Assembly (NCBI GenBank): GCA_964016885.1
Contig: OZ024748.1
Location: 5,580,001-5,644,000, forward strand
Direction: 5' to 3'
Length of the DNA stretch: 64,000 nucleotides
Source of the DNA: Eledone cirrhosa
Taxonomy: Eukaryota
Shown: piece by piece, positions 14,155-28,342 of the stretch
How the letters are laid out: every line of letters starts with the position of its first letter
How positions within the stretch are numbered: the stretch's first letter is position 1
Position numbers and translations under genes: made by a program
Notes under the pieces: model-generated
Database searches by the model: none
What the model was told of the DNA's origin: nothing
The model's input: only the letters and a program-made list of their open reading frames with translations

Positions 14155-14300
14155 GTACCGGGTTCAATCGGGGGTAACCACAGTAAGTAAGGTACTGAAT
14201 GCATTTGTAGAATGTATACAACAAATTTAATATATAAATGGCTTCTACAAGACTAGAACTGTTTCATTCGAAGGAAATTATCAGGAAAGCTTTCAGACAC
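14155..14300 (-). mobile_element. Family-D element with a degenerate hammerhead (14241-14290)
   Basis: Homologous to 40105-40243; core reads CTGATAA (G8 lost)...GAAACAG...TTGTA-gaagc. Confidence 0.65.
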
Positions 14301-14301
14301 A

Positions 14302-14342
<41 letters not shown>

Positions 14343-15069
14343 AGAGAGACATAGATAGATAGATGGACAGATACATGTATACAATGTATATATATAGTTA
14401 TACAACATACATATATTGTAGATATATATAATATATACATAAAAGTAAGCATGGTTTCATGGCGTATTTTTGTATTCTTGCCAACAAGATTAAATTGATG
14501 GAAGTTAACCTGAAACACCGAATGCTGTTTGATAGGTTATATAACATATCAGATGAAAGCTGGATATTGTATATCGTTTAGTTCACCACTCACGTTGTCT
14601 ACAAACCTCATTGTCAAAGCATGGTGGTGCCTCTATACGTTCACTCACATTGTGTTGTGTTTGTGACAATAGCACTTAGTTTCAACAATTTCACATCACC
14701 TAATCTTGCGATAGTTGACACCAACACTACTAAAATGCCGACATTATCAAACTTATTGTAATTTTCTATGTCAAGGGGGTTTGGCAAAATATTTTACTAT
14801 AATAGATAAAGGCCTCAGTGTATTGCTGTCATTGGTATTTTGAGTGAGCGTGTATGTGTATTTGTACGTGTACGTGAGTGTGTGTGCGTATGAATCTGTG
14901 TGTGTCTATGTGGAAGAGCGGCCCTGACATAAATGGATTTTTAACATTCCAAAATAACTGTCCACATAGCTGTAGCATGTCTATTGTTGCTGGTGTTGTT
15001 GGCAATGTCGATAGTCCTCTTCAGACAGCTCTATTTTAAAATGTATTCCATAGATGACCACAAACGTAT

Positions 15070-15356
15070 TGTTTTTCTTGTGATTAGCGAATCCAAGATC
15101 ACATTATCTAGGTCAGTTTTCAGGGTGATTTGGCTGCTATTTCCTCCAAGTAGTGAAATGTTCGTGTTACTAACGACTCCAGTATCACTTTATCAATGTC
15201 TTTTTGAAGAACGCTGGGTTAGTTTACGAGTTATTTGGCTGCTATTTCTCTAAGTAAAGACATTTTCCTGTGACTAGCGAATCCAGGATGACATTATCTG
15301 TCTTTTTTAAGGAAGCTGGGTTAGTATAGAGGCGATCTAGCTGCTGTTTCCTCCAA
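15070..15356. repeat. Three diverged tandem units of about 104 bp
   Basis: Anchor ggctgctatttcctccaa-like ends at 15149, 15253 and 15356; shared tagcgaatcca.gat.acattatct. Confidence 0.75.
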
Positions 15357-15810
15357 TTAGAAAAACCACATAATGACTTTTTACGATGATTCAAGCTCTG
15401 AAAAGTTACGTGTAATTTAGTGATATATTTCCAATGAAATTTGATTGATGCTAGAAATAGTAAATCCAAATTATATAAAGTAGTCAGTCGTTCCACTATG
15501 ACTGCCAATGATTTTGTCCCAATTAATTAAAGATGACAAATTGCTAGACCCTTTTTCACAAATATTTCTGACATAGCACTAAAACTCAGACAACATTCAA
15601 ATACACAATCTAATTTATCTTTTCTAGTGAGCTGACATTGACAGAACGTTTTATTGTAAAACAGTGAACATGAATGACTGACTGACTTGTCTAGAAAGCG
15701 GAAATAGAGACGGCCATTGTTCGTATTATATAACACCAGTACTTAACCCATTGTTTTAAGGACATAATAAGTGATAGTATGTGTGTTTGTACAAATATAT
15801 ACACACACAC

Positions 15811-15856
<46 letters not shown>

Positions 15857-16255
15857 GTGTGTGTGTGTGTGTGTCTGTATGATTGTGTGTGTATAGATAT
15901 CAAACTAGAAATAATCATAATTTCCGACCTTAAGCATATAACAGATATCAAAGGAAATACAAGTTTTGTGTACTTAAAATAGTAACTTATACTGCTCAGT
16001 ATATACCACAATCGGTGATAGAATTATAACAATATATGTTCAGAAATAGAGAGGAAAAAGGGAATATAACGAGACAAAATAAATTCGTCAATTCCCAGAT
16101 GCGAAAACAAACAGGATTTAACGTAATATTTAAACTACATCTAACATTTTGGACAAATATATCATCTGAGCAAGAGATTGAGAGTGATATAGTGAGAAAG
16201 ATGTATATATATATACACTTTTACTCTTTTATTTGTTCAGCCATCCGGCTAAATA

Positions 16256-16354
<99 letters not shown>

Positions 16355-16425
16355 CTCAAAATCTATTTTTCATTCATTTGCCTTCTCACTCTTTTTATTT
16401 CATCTTTTATTTCTCATTTTAAATT

Positions 16426-16450
16426 CTGATGAAGGATTTTTTCCCGAAAC
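16426..16450 (+). ncRNA. Degenerate hammerhead core, probably a PLE 3' end, between TA tracts
   Basis: CTGATGA-agga ttttt tccc-GAAAC; stems I and III are not convincingly formed. Confidence 0.4.
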
Positions 16451-16599
16451 GGTACGATTCTTTTCCTACTATATCAAGCGTTAAACTAACATACTTTTTC
16501 ATTGTACTGTGTCGTTTGCTTTGTTATTTGTGTTTACTTTTTTACTTTTTACATATATACATACAGATACCTATATATATATATATATATAGGTATCTG

Positions 16600-16688
<89 letters not shown>

Positions 16689-16691
16689 AAT

Positions 16692-16723
<32 letters not shown>

Positions 16724-16727
16724 AACG

Positions 16728-16768
<41 letters not shown>

Positions 16769-16816
16769 ATATATATATATATATATATACATATATATAT
16801 AATTATATATATATAC

Positions 16817-16848
<32 letters not shown>

Positions 16849-17069
16849 GTGTGTATATGTGTGTGTGTATGTGACGTCAGTAAAATCACAGTCCAAAACC
16901 CGAAACTTGAAAGAAAGAAATAATCAACAAATTCCTAGAAAAAAATACTATAGTTTCAGACAAGCAGCTGGATATATTAATGGCATCATCTCACATGGGT
17001 ATACATTTATTATCATTACCCGTTATTATTCATATAGTTGTAGTTGTTGTTGTTGTTGTTTTTGTTGTG

Positions 17070-17138
<69 letters not shown>

Positions 17139-17140
17139 GT
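17070..17140. repeat. (ATT)n microsatellite
   Basis: Direct observation. Confidence 0.95.
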
Positions 17141-17238
17141 TATTACCATCATCATGATTATCACTATAGTGTTTCTGGTGTATGAATGTATATATATATA
17201 TATATATATATACAGACATGCATACTCACGCACACACA

Positions 17239-17313
<75 letters not shown>

Positions 17314-17314
17314 A

Positions 17315-17379
<65 letters not shown>

Positions 17380-17491
17380 GTATATTTATATATCTCTATA
17401 TACGTGAGTATACTACATTTATATATATCTGTATCTATATCTATGTATCTATCTATCTATCTATCTATATATATATATATATTTATATATA

Positions 17492-17685
17492 TAACGAAGG
17501 AAATGTGGTAAGGAACCAGGTGGACCATAACGCACGAAAGTACTCAATACTTGAGGTAGTAGAGTGGGTAATAGGAACCAGTAAGACCCCGACAGCTGAG
17601 CTCAAGCCGTTTCGACGGCTAATTCTGGACTGAATTAGCCGTCGAAACGGCTTGAGCTCAGCTGTCGGGGTCTTACTGGTTCCTA

Positions 17686-17686
<1 letters not shown>
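17492..17686 (-). mobile_element. Family-A fold-back element
   Basis: Perfect 55-bp arms 17571-17625 / 17632-17686; GAAAC-ggct-tgagctc-agct-GTC hammerhead stem III half. Confidence 0.8.
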
Positions 17687-17730
<44 letters not shown>

Positions 17731-17831
17731 GTGTGTGTGTGTGTGTATGTATATCTATGTATATATATACGTGTGTGTGTGTGCATGTGCGTATGCACCT
17801 GTGTATGTATATTCGCAAGTAGGCATTATGT

Positions 17832-17863
<32 letters not shown>

Positions 17864-18502
17864 ATGTGTAGTCATATATACGTCTATATTTATACACAAA
17901 CACATAAGAACATGCTTTATTCGTTCCTTTGATATCCTTCTGTCTTATGTTCATCTACTGTCATTGTATTCAAAAATATATATATTTATATTTTTATTTT
18001 TAATATTTTCAATTGATAATTTTTATAATTTTCCTATTATATTTTCTCGCCATTTTAAAATTTTATTAAATATTATTTATTTTATTTTATTTTTTGTTTC
18101 TCCATCTCATGTGAATTATTGAAATATCTGTTGTAAGCATGTTCTCAAAAGTAATGATAATAATTAAATAATATTAATAATAATGTTACTAATGATAATG
18201 ATGATGATGACAACAATAATAATAACAATAATAATAATGATAATAATAATAGTCCAAGTAACAACAAAAATTACATTTCAGTTATTAAGGGACTTTTAAT
18301 CAAGACTTTGCAAGCGTATCCTATAATGCAATGCTTCAGAGAACTTAATGTAACTAAAAGTGTTTGACAAAAATAAAATAATAAAATAAATATAAGTTAA
18401 AAACTAATATAAACACAAAACAACAAGAAACAAATGGCAAATATAAAACATTACTCATGCGATGGACAATATATTTTGTGTGTCTATATGTAAATATATA
18501 TA

Positions 18503-18623
<121 letters not shown>

Positions 18624-18624
18624 T

Positions 18625-18655
<31 letters not shown>

Positions 18656-18661
18656 ATATAA

Positions 18662-18705
<44 letters not shown>

Positions 18706-18733
18706 AACTCTCTATTACTCTTTCTCTCTCTCT

Positions 18734-18789
<56 letters not shown>

Positions 18790-19639
18790 GTATATAAATA
18801 TATACAGTAACCCATACACACACATATAAATATATGTATATATATATATATGAGTGTGTGTGTGTGTATAATATTAATAACAAAATATAAGTTAAACTAT
18901 AATATAGTAGAATACGTTATATGTTATAAGAAACATAGACACAGATGGGGCTTAAGAAAGCATTCTTGGTAAGGGTTTCAAAACTAAGAACTACACAAGA
19001 TGTAAGAAGTAGGAATCGGATGGTATATAGAAAAAAGTTAATCAGACACACATCATGCATACCTGGACATAAATACACATACATACACACACACATGCAC
19101 ATACACAAATGCATACACATATCCTTATGACTATCCAATCCTGGGGGAATACATACACTGGTGTGTGAACAAAATATATCCACCTAGAGTTATATTCAAA
19201 CCATTCATATTTATGATAACACTGAAATCAAGGAACGTGACTTTGAAGGCGCCTAGTTGTACTTGAAATTGTATGAACGATATGACATATAATACTCTAC
19301 CTTGAAAGAGAAAATTCGAAAGAATCTTTCCAGAGCGATTTTATAGAGCTAAATCAGATTTAAATGTATCAAACAGATTTTAAGTTAACGATGTATTGAC
19401 TATAGCTCCAGTAACTTACAGTTTTCACATCATAAACTTGATAATGAGTGAAAGTTAGTAGGTAAATACTAAAATAAGGAAAGTGCAGAAACTAGGTAAG
19501 ATGCACCATTGAAAACCATATGTATACAGAATTTACTTACCAAGTGTAGAATGAGATAGAAGACAAATACATCTCGTACGAACTTGCGAAACCAGCAGAA
19601 ACATACACATATCAGAAAACTGCCTCTACAACCCTCTCA

Positions 19640-19640
19640 G

Positions 19641-19672
<32 letters not shown>

Positions 19673-19760
19673 AGAAGAAGAAGAAGAAGAAGAAGAAGAA
19701 GAAGAAGAAGAAGAAGAAGAAGAAGAAGAAGAAGAAGAAGAAGAAGAAGAAGAAGAAGAA
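19640..19760. repeat. (GAA)n microsatellite, about 40 units
   Basis: Direct observation. Confidence 0.95.
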
Positions 19761-19854
19761 TTGAGACACATATATTCATATGTAGTCAATGACACTGAAC
19801 AATTCAAAGAGGTAGAGAAGGAGAGAGAGAGACAGAGAAAGCGAGTGAGAGAAT

Positions 19855-19893
<39 letters not shown>

Positions 19894-20071
19894 GGGGAGA
19901 AAGAGAGAGAGCGAGAGGGAGACTTACAAATACAAACAAACCCGATAGACATAGAGACAGATATACAGATGATGAAAGTGATGTCATGCGAGGAGAAGCT
20001 GGGAATACAAGTGCATGCGTACACATTTGAAACAGCTGCGGGGACCTTACAGGGTCATGCACACACACACA

Positions 20072-20144
<73 letters not shown>

Positions 20145-20296
20145 AAATGCACACACATACACATATATACACACACTGACAAATGCATACACATACAGAG
20201 CCAACATATAACGACTATGCTTGAATCAATTCGGTGATTACCCAAGTAAAAATCTGTACTTTTCTCTTCGCTACACATGTTCACAGATCTGATATC

Positions 20297-20385
20297 CGCC
20301 AATCACCCATTCAGCCAAATCACCCAATCACCCAATCAACCAACCATAACGCTTATCACATGTCACATTGCAATGACGTCATTGC
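20297..20385. promoter_or_regulatory. CCAAT-box cluster plus CRE palindrome (candidate cis-regulatory element)
   Basis: Several ccaatca motifs, then the 16-bp palindrome gcaatgacgtcattgc at 20370-20385 containing TGACGTCA. Confidence 0.3.
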
Positions 20386-20929
20386 TAGATCCGGATTTCT
20401 GCAACGTTGCTTTTATATTTTATTTTATTTGGTCCATATTATTATTAGTATTATCATTATAATTGTTGTTATATTTGTTATTATTAACATTACAATCATC
20501 ATCATAGATAGGATGTGTTTGGTTATTTCTCATCTGTAGGAGGTGGGGCTGGGGTTGTGGTTGGCTATGGTGGTGGGTTGGGTTCGGGACGAATACTGTG
20601 TCGTTTATATATGTAAAGGGTCAATAGAAAAAAGCACTACCTTAGACAGTTTCACTTCAACAAAAAAGAAAAAAAAAAAACGAAAAATGCAACAACAATA
20701 AAAATAATGATAAATAGTCATAAACTTTTCCAACATACCAGCACTGATCCCATTGCCAACGGTAATACCACCACCAACACCACACCACCACCACCACCAG
20801 CACCGCACCAACACTAATACCATCACTAACGGCAACACTAACACAGACTCTAACAAAACCACTAACACCGCACCAACACTAACACAGACACTCACACCAA
20901 CACCGAACCAACAGCAGCACTAACACAGA

Positions 20930-21230
20930 CACTCACACCACCACCAACACCATCAATACTAACACTAATACCATCACCACCACTAACACCATCAATACTA
21001 ACACTAATACCATCACCACCAACAACAACAACATCAATACTAACACTAATACCATAACCACCAACAACAGCAATACTAACACTAATACCATCACCACCAA
21101 CAACATCAATACTAACACTAATACCATCACCACCAACAACAACAACATCAATACTAACACTAATACCATCACCACCAACAACAACAACAGCAATACTAAC
21201 ACTAATACCATCACCAACAACAACACCAAC
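20930..21230. repeat. 36-42-bp minisatellite (caatactaacactaataccatcaccacc...)
   Basis: About 7 tandem units with a variable number of AAC triplets. Confidence 0.9.
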
Positions 21231-21603
21231 AACACAACCATACGACAAAAAAAATCCTCCCTTCATAGAAATTGGTTTTTAATCAAGTTTCAAAGAAAAA
21301 AAATCCGTTTGAATGATTTGGCCAATTTTTGAAATTTTATTTTTATTGTTATTACTAAGCTTTACTTTTTTGCATTCCTTACGCCTCGTATCACAACACG
21401 GTCAACCTCACAACACCTTCTCTCACACCACACACAAACACACCCCTTCCTGTTTCTTTACCCTATTACTTCTAATGCGTGTTGAGTTTATACGCACACT
21501 CATATATATGCAAACACACCCACACTTATATGTATATATTTTATATATATATATATGTTTGTGTGTATATGTCTGTCCATGTGAGCCTGTGTGTACAGGT
21601 ATG

Positions 21604-21663
<60 letters not shown>

Positions 21664-22080
21664 ATAGAGAGAGAAAAAGAGAAAGTGGGAGATATATAGA
21701 TACATACACATATACATACATACGTACATACATATATACATACATAATACATACGTACATAAATACTAACATGCATAGATAGATAGAGAGATAGATACAT
21801 ACATACATACATACATACATACATACATACATACATACATACATACATACATACATACATACATACATAGATATAGACATCGTTATATTGGCTGATGAAC
21901 ATCAATATCTTAATTATTGGTGATTCTAACACGTGTTTCAATATGTTATGTAAATAGCCTGTGAGATCTTTATTATAAACATTCCGACGTCAGCAAATTT
22001 CAGTGAAAGGAGATATTCGGAAGTCTGGCATAAAGTGTGTTTATGATAGGTGTGGAGGGCGTATATATATATGTACATAT

Positions 22081-22420
22081 ATAAGGGTGGGCCTTAGCAA
22101 TAGGTAATTTTCGAAATTTTAAAACTTTGCAGCTCCCACCACCTCATCCTGTTCCAATGAACAGAACCACCGGTTGAGCAAAATTTCAGCTCCATCGGAC
22201 AACTATGAGACGACCCTCAATCGCCTTGAAATTGGAACATAGTATACGCAACGATTAATTCTGTTCAAAAGCGGTATACTGTTCCCTATCACGACCATTT
22301 TCCTTTTTCTTCTTAGAGAAATGTATGTGGACACATCCAGGAAACCCAGCAAATATTGAAAAACGTTCTGAATCAAATTTACCAATAGTTAATTTGAAAT
22401 ATACCTGAAATAACATGAAA
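22081..22420. mobile_element. Possible DNA-transposon fragment
   Basis: Starts at a TA run (taagggtgggcc) and contains aaaatttcagctccatcgg, a motif type common in MITE interiors; the second end was not found. Confidence 0.25.
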
Positions 22421-22560
22421 ATTTAAGAAATATTAGGTTTTCTTAATAAATCACACATCTTCTATAAAAAAAACGCATTTTTTTCATTTACAACAATAAT
22501 TTCTATAGAAGCAAAAACATAATGTGAACATTGAACACTGAATATTGAACAGTTGAATTT

Positions 22561-22720
22561 GCAGCATTGGTAGAGGGTCGTAGTTACGTCGTAGTTACGT
22601 CCTTTTACCATCTGAGTTCAAATCCCACCGAGGTTAACTTTACCTTTCATCCTTACGGGGTCGATAAAATAAAGTACCAGTGATACACTGGGTAATTGCT
22701 GGCCTTGTGCCAAAAGTGAA
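22561..22720 (+). mobile_element. tRNA-derived SINE family 1 (short form)
   Basis: B box gagttcaaatccc, central cctttcatccttacggggtcgataaaataaagtaccag, tail gctggccttgtgccaaaag. Confidence 0.85.
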
Positions 22721-22723
22721 TCT

Positions 22724-22867
22724 ACATATCTAAGGAGCTTCCGATTCCACAGTCAGGTTCGATCACTAATAGATCGTTCCTCGAGCTGATCGACAGGGAA
22801 ACATATGTAATATGTAATTAAATATGTATATGATGCACCACTCTTTCTTTGTTCCCTTATATATTAA

Positions 22868-22870
<3 letters not shown>
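22724..22870 (+). mobile_element. Family-E element with a long-stem-II hammerhead (22724-22815), ending in (TA)n
   Basis: acatat-CTAAGGA-about 60 nt-GAAAC-ATAT-GTA-atatgt; second copy at 62743. Confidence 0.6.
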
Positions 22871-22916
<46 letters not shown>

Positions 22917-23491
22917 CAACAGGAAACATATATGTTACTGTGAGGTGAATGTTTGTTTCGTAGGTCAAACGATTAAATGTCTATTTAGAATGAATTATAA
23001 TCATTGCTTAGATTGTGGTTGAAATGAATCTTAGTGAAAGAGAGAAAGAAAATTCTTGACTACATCTTCCATTGCTATTCTATAGATTACACAACAATAA
23101 ATTCCACGCACTTTCGAACATTTAAGGTATTTTTCTATTATAAAGAAATCGAACCTGGAAACTCTAGAAATTAAAATATCCTTCTTAATCATAAGACCAC
23201 GCCTGGGATGTTAAAAAAGATGAGGCCTATCTCAAGTAAGCTTTTTTAAAACCATAGAATTAATTATTTTGCGAGCTCTTTACTTGTTATTAGTTTGTTA
23301 AATTTTCTTCCCGGCTTCTTTAATTTTTATGTTTCATCTGTTGTTAAATCAGTGTATTAAAAAATTAGTGGATGTTTTAGTTTTTTATCAAAATATAAAA
23401 AATATAATTGTGTTATATTATTACTATATTGATTAAACATTCTTGTTTCGTTAATGTGATAAATGTCTAACATTATTGTATGCTCTCTCTC

Positions 23492-23587
<96 letters not shown>

Positions 23588-23731
23588 TGTCTCTCTCTCT
23601 CTCTCACAGATACACCCTCTGTCTCTTTGTTTCACTATCTCTCGGTTTATATCCTCTCTCTTTAACAACCTCTGTCTCTTTTTTCACTGCCTCTCAGTTT
23701 ATCTCTCTCTCCTCCTCATCTTCTCTCTCAT

Positions 23732-23762
<31 letters not shown>

Positions 23763-23870
23763 CACTGAATCTCTTTCTCTCTCTCTCTTTGTTGTTGATC
23801 TCTACTTTATTGACATGCTTAATAAAAACAATTATCGTTAAATTGCTATTTTTACAGATATGAAAATAAC

Positions 23871-24318
23871 AATAATAGTTTCTGATCTAGGCCCGAGGCC
23901 ATCAATTTTTGGGGGGAGGGGCAAGTCAATTAAATCGACCACCGTGCATTACTGATACTTTATTTTATCGACCCCATAAGGATGAAATTCAAATCTAATT
24001 TCGGTAGGATCCGAACTCAGATCGTGAAGGGGTAACACTATACCATAGTGCATGTTGTGCGTCGCTCTACCGATACTGACAATTCACCAATAACGATAAT
24101 AATAAAGTTTTCTGATTTAGGCACGAGGCCATCAATTTTTGGGGGAGTGGCACGTCAATTAAATCGACCCCAGTGCATTACTGGTATTTATTTTATCGAC
24201 CCCCGTAAGGATGAAAGGCAAAGTTATCCTTGGTAGGATTTGAATTAAGATCGTAAAGCGGGGTAATCCTATGTCATACAGCCATGCTGTGCGTCGATCT
24301 ACCGATTCTGCCAATCCA
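23871..24318 (-). mobile_element. Two tandem SINE family 1 copies (long form)
   Basis: 23871-24088 and 24100-24318, both with the ttttatcgacccc.taaggatgaaa core. Confidence 0.85.
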
Positions 24319-24710
24319 TTAAATATAATCATAATATAAATAACAACAAAAACAACAACAACAACAGTGTAAAATATAAAAAAATGTAAGAATAAGAACG
24401 GATCTCCAAAATGCGGGGCAACCACATGCGATGATTGGGGGCACTCGTTACACAATGAGAGTTTTGATGATACCTGAAGCAACATAATTCAGGAAGAGAA
24501 TCTTCTCATTCGGAATTCCTCTGACTTCATTCCTTCTTTGCTTAACTGTAATTGACGTGGGTCTGATTTGGTTTGTTATTGTTCAGTTGACTTATGGCTG
24601 TCCGAAAATAGTCAGTATATATGCTATAATTGTGTAGCTATGTATATTCATATAACCTCGGACTACTCTCTTATACGTTAGGGTAAGCATTCGTAGGCTG
24701 CTAGCTTCCT

Positions 24711-24724
24711 GTTGCTATGGACAC
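24711..24724. promoter_or_regulatory. X-box (RFX)-like motif
   Basis: gttgctatggacac, one mismatch from GTTGCTATGGAAAC. Confidence 0.2.
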
Positions 24725-25119
24725 TACTGTTGTTAACGTGTAAAACTGCCAGGTGATTGATTGAGAATTAAGTGGAAAATAAAAATCGTTTGAAGAGAAA
24801 TCATAATGCTGGCACGCCACAAATATTGTCTTCATATTGTCATGAGAGATACGATAGACTATAAATACCTATAAGCCAACATTATCTTTTGGACCGAAAG
24901 CGAGTCATCGATCTCTGAGAAGATATTAATAAATATTGAAACTAACCAAAACTATTTCATCTTGCCACTGACATACGAATCTGTGTCTTCACCATGGTGT
25001 TTATTTTCAGAGCAAAGTGCTGTTTTCAAATCTTCCAATAAGATTGAAGTTTACTAAAATCAATCTCTTGTAAGTGAACTTTAGATATATATCTATGTAT
25101 CATAAACATTCGGTGTAAC

Positions 25120-25320
25120 TTACTACTTAGACTCAGAAGCTTCTGTGTCTTGAGACACATGAGACAACCACAATGCCTCAATGACCATGGTCAGGTGTAT
25201 CTATCAATACATCCATCGAACTTCTGTTGTCGTGTTTCAGGTCTCTATGGATGGTCTGCCGCCATTCATCTTGGGACGTTCTCTTTACCTCTTTCCTTGG
25301 GGCATGATGTGGAATAAGGA
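25120..25320 (-). pseudogene. 3' end of an RTE-clade LINE
   Basis: Minus strand PQGKR*RERPK (GKRxRGRPK motif), then a decayed WR..I.RDL region and a short-repeat tail gtctaagtagtaag. Confidence 0.55.
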
Positions 25321-26234
25321 TTGTCTATGTAGGCTATGAAATAGTTGAGTAGCGCTTTTATGAATTAATTTAGTACTCAGTAAACAGTAAATAAATAACC
25401 AATCTCTGATGATATATTAATAAACCGCTCAAACTATCTTTCCTTCTTTCTGGTCATAATGTGAACAAAACTTTTTTCAACCACTGATTTTACTTCTCAG
25501 AAACATGTGGGAAGGGGGCAATAAAAGAAATAGCTTTACGTAAAAGACTAAACTATTCAATATGCCGGACATATATTGGCTTGATGAAGGGGAGTCGCAC
25601 ATTTAAGCATTGCAGGGTCAACTAAAAAACAAATTTGACCATTGCAGGGTCAACTAAATAGTGCACCAGTCAGATATTGGTGTCTATTTAATTGATTATA
25701 ACCCCAGTCAGTCTCGGTTTTTAGGTTTATGTTTATGTATGAAATCAATATTAAATATACACATATGTTCCACTGATTCACAAATGAGTTTTAAATAGTA
25801 TTTAAACAGTATATGACAAAATAAATAATAGTACAATAATAGCTCACAGCGTAAAATAACAGTAAAAAGTAATTAAAAATTAAAAATAATAATGAGAAAA
25901 TCAAAAAAAATATAAACGAAGGAAAAAATGTAAAAAATATATATGAGAAAATACAAAATGTTCAACAAAGATTTTTGCGACAATTTCATAAATAAATATT
26001 TGTTGAAGATATTTACTATAAACAAGACATTATAATTAAAATTATCGCTCTTTATCTAATTAATGGAAAGTCACGATATCAAAAATAACAACTGTTTTTT
26101 TGGAGATCTGTCGTCGGAAATTTTATTATTAATGTTGCTTTTATTGTTCTTAGTAGTATTAATGTTGTTATTAGTTTTATTTGAGTTGGAATAATCATTA
26201 TTAGAAAACCCTGAATTGACCTATGAATAATATA

Positions 26235-26282
<48 letters not shown>

Positions 26283-26371
26283 ATGAAGGACAGGGAAAGT
26301 GAGAGAATCACTGGCAAACGATATATAAAGATAAAGTATATATAGACAGGCAGACAGATATAGATAGATAA

Positions 26372-26416
<45 letters not shown>

Positions 26417-26419
26417 CAA

Positions 26420-26496
<77 letters not shown>

Positions 26497-26832
26497 CAGA
26501 TAGACAGACAGATAGATAGAGAGAGAGATAGATAGGTATGCAGAATGGAACCTTTCATGATACATGATAGAAGTGTTATATTTATATAACACACTCACTC
26601 ACACAACACACAACCATACAAACACACATGCAAACACACACATATACACATACACACACACACTAACACACACACACACACACACATACGCTATATATAT
26701 ATATATACATATATATTGAGTGTACCACAAACAGATCATATCAGACTTGTAAGAGACAAAGGTTGGTCATATATACATGTATAAATATATATATATATAT
26801 ATATATTTACGTATATGTATATATATATACAT

Positions 26833-26883
<51 letters not shown>

Positions 26884-27220
26884 AGTATGTATATATTCAA
26901 GTATGTATGTATACCTCCATACATACCTATATACACATATATGTCTGAACATAGTTTCTATTTTTATTTTTATATCAGTATTCTAATTTTGCTTTTCTAC
27001 TTTACTTTTACTTGTTTATGTTTTGTTTTTCTGTGTCTTTCTTTTGTTTTTGTTGTTTTCACCACGAAATCAACCGGTTGTAGTAATATTACCATACAGT
27101 GTCTTTGATGTTCGATCTTTACAAGTAATCGAACTGATAATGAAAAATGAAAATATTATCTACCAGAATATAAGTCAAAGATTATACGATGATTTCCTCG
27201 TCGTAGTCGCGAGAAGAGAA

Positions 27221-27345
27221 GGTTTTGGCGGGAAATGTGGTGCGTCATGATAGAGCGGTGGAGATGTTTGCCAGGAAATGTGGTGCGTCATAGAAGACTG
27301 GTGATGGTGGTGCCGGTGCCTGCTGGGATACATGGTGTGCCATGG
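27221..27345. repeat. Degenerate direct repeat (x3) whose first unit contains an E2F-like site
   Basis: tttggcgggaaatgtggtgcgtcat / tttgccaggaaatgtggtgcgtcat / ctgctgggatacatggtgtgccat. Confidence 0.5.
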
Positions 27346-27457
27346 TAATGTGATGGAGGTTATTTTTCAGAGATAACTTCTAAATTGGATGCTTTCATAA
27401 TAAACAAAAGGAAAATAAAAATAAAATGAAAGAAATTTGCATATCAAATGCAGGCCA

Positions 27458-27677
<220 letters not shown>

Positions 27678-28328
27678 TATTTCGTTTCATTTTTTCCATT
27701 TATATATATATATATATATATGATTAACCAGCTGACGTACATAGATACACTTTCAGACATATATATTTTCCCCTATAAAGTGTTTCTAATTCTACAACAA
27801 CCAAAGTGTCACTTTTAAATTTAAATATAATTGAAGGGTTTCTTTCTAGAAATATTTCATTACCATGTCTAGCAAGGAAAGCCCACCTTTAGGTAATCCA
27901 TCAAAATGTATTGACGGTGAATAAGCGATTTCCAACACAGACCCACCGACACACACACACACACACACACACAGAGACGCCCACAGACAGACACACATAC
28001 ACACATGTGTATATATATATATATATATTTGTGTGTATGTGTGATGTATCTGTATTTGTACTAAGACGTATCCAAAGTCGATGTATAAACGCTTATATAA
28101 ATCTATACATTTGTATCTTTGTACGAATATTTTCACGCGCAAGCATGTGCTTGTAATTTGTCGTACATTGTATGATCCACAGTACACAACTGTGTATTTC
28201 AGTTTCTGTGATAGAGTTTCTCTTCAAGCGTGTGTGTTTTCTCTATCTGTATACCAATAAAACGTAGTATTAAAGTTTGACTTTGGTGTGGTGTAGCGTG
28301 GTGTAGGAAAAACTAACGGATGAATATA

Positions 28329-28342
28329 GTTGCCATAGCAAC
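28329..28342. promoter_or_regulatory. Consensus X-box (RFX binding site)
   Basis: GTTGCCATAGCAAC in non-repetitive sequence. Confidence 0.45.

Noticed and set aside
19584-19856. Poly-Glu ORF
   Set aside because: A (GAA)n microsatellite with no exon support.
24914-24945. ctgagaagatatt...aatattgaaac hammerhead-like core
   Set aside because: Core spacing is wrong and there is no stem III/NUH; at most a decayed remnant.
25950-26220. Possible second PLE coding remnant (FDIV-like) on the minus strand
   Set aside because: Only one short motif in AT-rich sequence; not supportable.
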